The position numbers and the translations under genes were made by a program. A DNA stretch of 64,000 nt from a virus: the IMG/VR virus record IMGVR_UViG_3300006141_000001; one strand, written 5' to 3'. Below the pieces are notes generated by a model. That model worked only from the letters and a program-made list of their open reading frames with translations. It was not told where the DNA came from and searched no databases. This document shows, one piece after another, positions 61,625 to 64,000 of the stretch; within the stretch, counting starts at the first letter, position 1; the number at the start of each line of letters is the position of its first letter.

Positions 61625-62071
61625 CTATAACGTACAGATTAAAATCTCAATATCTGTATTTTCAAACACTTCTTCAATGATATCCTTCACCTTATCCCAT
61701 TCTAATTTATCGTGTCCACATCCAATCTTGGGCATTGCTACTTTTTTAATATATTTTTCCTCCATAATATCTCTCATGTATTCCAGAGCAGACTTAAGCC
61801 TTTTATATTTTGCTTTTTTCCACGGATATTTTTTTGTGATAAGATTAAATACGTTGTCCACAACAAGTGCCATCCCAAGATAAAGCCTATCCTTTCCCTC
61901 ATAATCGTCATATCTGCCATAGCTGTTATGTAATTTATTTTTCATATCATAGACTTCATCCATTTTCTTAGCCACGCCAGCACCTAAAGAAAAATCTCCT
62001 GTAATGCAGTGTGCTAAATAATAACCCTGTGGTACGTTGAATAAATCCATTTTTTGTTCTTTAATTGTCAT
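61625..62071 (-). CDS. macrodomain ADP-ribose hydrolase (TARG1/DarG-like)
   Basis: DLF...AHCITGDFSLGAGVA...FNLITK...MPKIGCG.D.LEW. Confidence 0.88.
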   Translation of the reverse strand: MTIKEQKMDLFNVPQGYYLAHCITGDFSLGAGVAKKMDEVYDMKNKLHNSYGRYDDYEGKDRLYLGMALVVDNVFNLITKKYPWKKAKYKRLKSALEYMRDIMEEKYIKKVAMPKIGCGHDKLEWDKVKDIIEEVFENTDIEILICTL

Positions 62072-62253
62072 ATTGTTTTTTTCTCCTTTTCTTTGATATA
62101 TTTTTCTAATGCTTCACATGCAAGCAAACACGCTTTATTGACTGCTTCTAATTTTGCATCACACCCATTAAACCCACTAAAATATTCTATTTTTGCAAGT
62201 GCTTCCATTGTCGTGTCTGGATGCAATATTTCTTTGGCTTCTTCATATGTCAT
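62068..62253 (-). CDS. hypothetical protein
   Basis: 61-aa ORF overlapping macrodomain start. Confidence 0.55.
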   Translation of the reverse strand: MTYEEAKEILHPDTTMEALAKIEYFSGFNGCDAKLEAVNKACLLACEALEKYIKEKEKKTI

Positions 62254-62439
62254 ACCAGTTTCTCCATTTCATACTTTTACCTGATGTAATTACAGAGATG
62301 GTTCATTGCATCAATAATATGCCGATCTTTTGACAAAACTGGGTGCAGGATACAATCACAGGATCCTTTTGCCCCATACTTTTTATACTTTAGTAATGAG
62401 ATTTTTTGTAAATTCTTAGTCAATAATCTCGTAATCGGT

Positions 62440-62775
62440 TTAATCATATTCTACTTGTAACCTATAAGCCCTTTCTACTTGAACAATATCATCAAGATTA
62501 CACCCATGCTTGCACATGAAATGAATAAGTTCTTCTTTTGAAGGTTCGTGTGTAAATATCTTTTCTGCAACGAATTCAAGTTCAGAATCTTTATCCCGAC
62601 TTCCAAAACTGTGCTTATTCATATCTTTTTGGCATGTTGCAATCCATACATCTTCCAGATAAACTCCATCCGATATCACTGTTACCACATCTACGCAGGG
62701 AATGTATTCATTCTCGTAATCTATTGAACTATCATCTACTGGCAATACTTTTCCAGACCTGCATACTATTTTCAT
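62440..62775 (-). CDS. hypothetical protein
   Basis: GAGG RBS, 111 aa. Confidence 0.6.
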   Translation of the reverse strand: MKIVCRSGKVLPVDDSSIDYENEYIPCVDVVTVISDGVYLEDVWIATCQKDMNKHSFGSRDKDSELEFVAEKIFTHEPSKEELIHFMCKHGCNLDDIVQVERAYRLQVEYD

Positions 62776-62784
62776 GTCAGCCTC

Positions 62785-63528
62785 CTATAATTGGGTTAAT
62801 AATGTTTTAACTGGCTCCTTATGCATATTTGCCTTTGCCCATGCTATATAGCCTGGGTCAATCTTCGCCACATCAATCAGTTTTTCGCCGTTATATTTGC
62901 CAAAATCAAATACATAGTCTTCCAATTTTGGTTCAAATTCCTTAAGGGTTTCATATACTTTATCAGGATATGTCATATCAAGATTGTTTCTGCTGGCTAA
63001 ATAATCACATAAATGGACTAAAAACTGCTCATTGTTCTCTGGTTTCGGCAAGACTACTTTACTCCTATTGGAACTACACCATTGCCCGCTATGGCTTTCA
63101 CATAATCCTGCAATATATTCTTTTGTATCTTTGTCAATATCATGTTCTACGCTTGTATTCCTAACCCACTCTCCTGCAAGGATTGGATGGTTATGCACTG
63201 TATATTGTGAACCATTTAAGCCACATTTGATTGCATCATGGAAGATTGACGTACATCGCAAACAGTCTCTTTTCTTTGCATCTGGGATCTTTTCAGTAGC
63301 ATATTCTAGCCCCAAAATATAGTTCATGATTTCTCCAAACATGAGGATATGTAATATCTGGCCATGGGAGCCGCATTGTGTCTTGTTGTGGTATTTAAGG
63401 CTTGTACTACTTGGAATTGTGAAAATATAATCTGGAATATTCTCTATCATATCTTCGCAATATCTCTTCATATCTTCTGTTTCAAACTTGCATAAGATTG
63501 GTTCGAAAATTTTAATTTTATTTATCAT
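62785..63528 (-). CDS. HD-domain phosphohydrolase with C-terminal FGKY domain
   Basis: YH...H...FHD...HP...SH.G.W...VHLCDYLASR; FDFGKY. Confidence 0.8.
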   Translation of the reverse strand: MINKIKIFEPILCKFETEDMKRYCEDMIENIPDYIFTIPSSTSLKYHNKTQCGSHGQILHILMFGEIMNYILGLEYATEKIPDAKKRDCLRCTSIFHDAIKCGLNGSQYTVHNHPILAGEWVRNTSVEHDIDKDTKEYIAGLCESHSGQWCSSNRSKVVLPKPENNEQFLVHLCDYLASRNNLDMTYPDKVYETLKEFEPKLEDYVFDFGKYNGEKLIDVAKIDPGYIAWAKANMHKEPVKTLLTQL

Positions 63529-63574
63529 TTTTCCCCTTTACAATAATTCTTTTTGCTTGAAATTATGGCGTTTG

Positions 63575-64000
63575 CTATTCACCATTCACATCTTCATCTA
63601 ACAACTCCACCAAAAACGTATTTTTATCAGTAATCCCACTGTTTAGTGCCGCATTAAACAATGCTGTATTTTGCGCCACTGTAGTACAGTCTTTTTCTGC
63701 TCGTGTCCATAAAGTGTATAAAAGTTCTTTTGTTCTCATATTAGGAGGTGTTGTATTATCAAAAGCACCGATAATTACCTTTGCAGATGAACCTTGGTAT
63801 TTATGTACAGTGGAAGCATACCCCAATACAACTCCACTTTTTAAATCATTTGTGCCAAATACCATAGTATCATCAATCATTGGGATATAGATTTTATGGA
63901 ACCCAGTTTGTGTATCTACTTCTTTTAAGATCCCGCACCATCCGTTGAACACACCTTTCTTATTTTTCCCACAGATTTTATAGTTATTTTTAATGCACAT
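63575..64000 (-). CDS. RecD/RecD2-like SF1 helicase, C-terminal part (truncated by window edge)
   Basis: NG..G, LGYASTVHKYQGS, LLYT..TRA motifs. Confidence 0.85.
   Translation of the reverse strand: MCIKNNYKICGKNKKGVFNGWCGILKEVDTQTGFHKIYIPMIDDTMVFGTNDLKSGVVLGYASTVHKYQGSSAKVIIGAFDNTTPPNMRTKELLYTLWTRAEKDCTTVAQNTALFNAALNSGITDKNTFLVELLDEDVNGE

Overview
The window is part of a large temperate phage genome from a low-GC Firmicute. It looks SPbeta-like, and a Clostridia/Lachnospiraceae host is inferred, not shown. The left arm (+ strand) is the tail module: tape measure protein (TMP), tail proteins and tail fibre. An intact attP (tRNA 3' end core with arm repeats on both sides) and a tyrosine integrase/excisionase lie at about 42.5-44.3 kb. 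The right arm (- strand) carries nucleotide-metabolism and replication genes: NrdD with an intein, NrdG, a kinase, ThyX-like pair, NAD ligase, dUTPase, a PARP plus macrodomains, an HD protein and a RecD-like helicase. Main observation: the TMP gene appears to be split into four exons (1463-4821, 7080-7224, 7767-7967, 18539-26680; 3948 aa when joined) by three group I introns. Introns 1 and 2 are related sisters with an atypical C-G pair at the 5' splice site, and intron 1 carries a homing-endonuclease-like ORF. Intron 3 has a full ribozyme core at about 7968-8300, but its predicted 3' splice site (P9.0 pairing plus omega-G at 18538) is 10.5 kb downstream. It therefore encloses about 10 independently expressed defence-like genes (DUF262, ImmA/IrrE protease, metallophosphoesterase, aspartyl protease pair, PD-(D/E)XK nuclease, type III TA, lipoprotein). 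This is a candidate giant or trans-splicing group I intron acting as a defence-island carrier inside an essential virion gene. All pairings were read by eye; no folding or database search was run.
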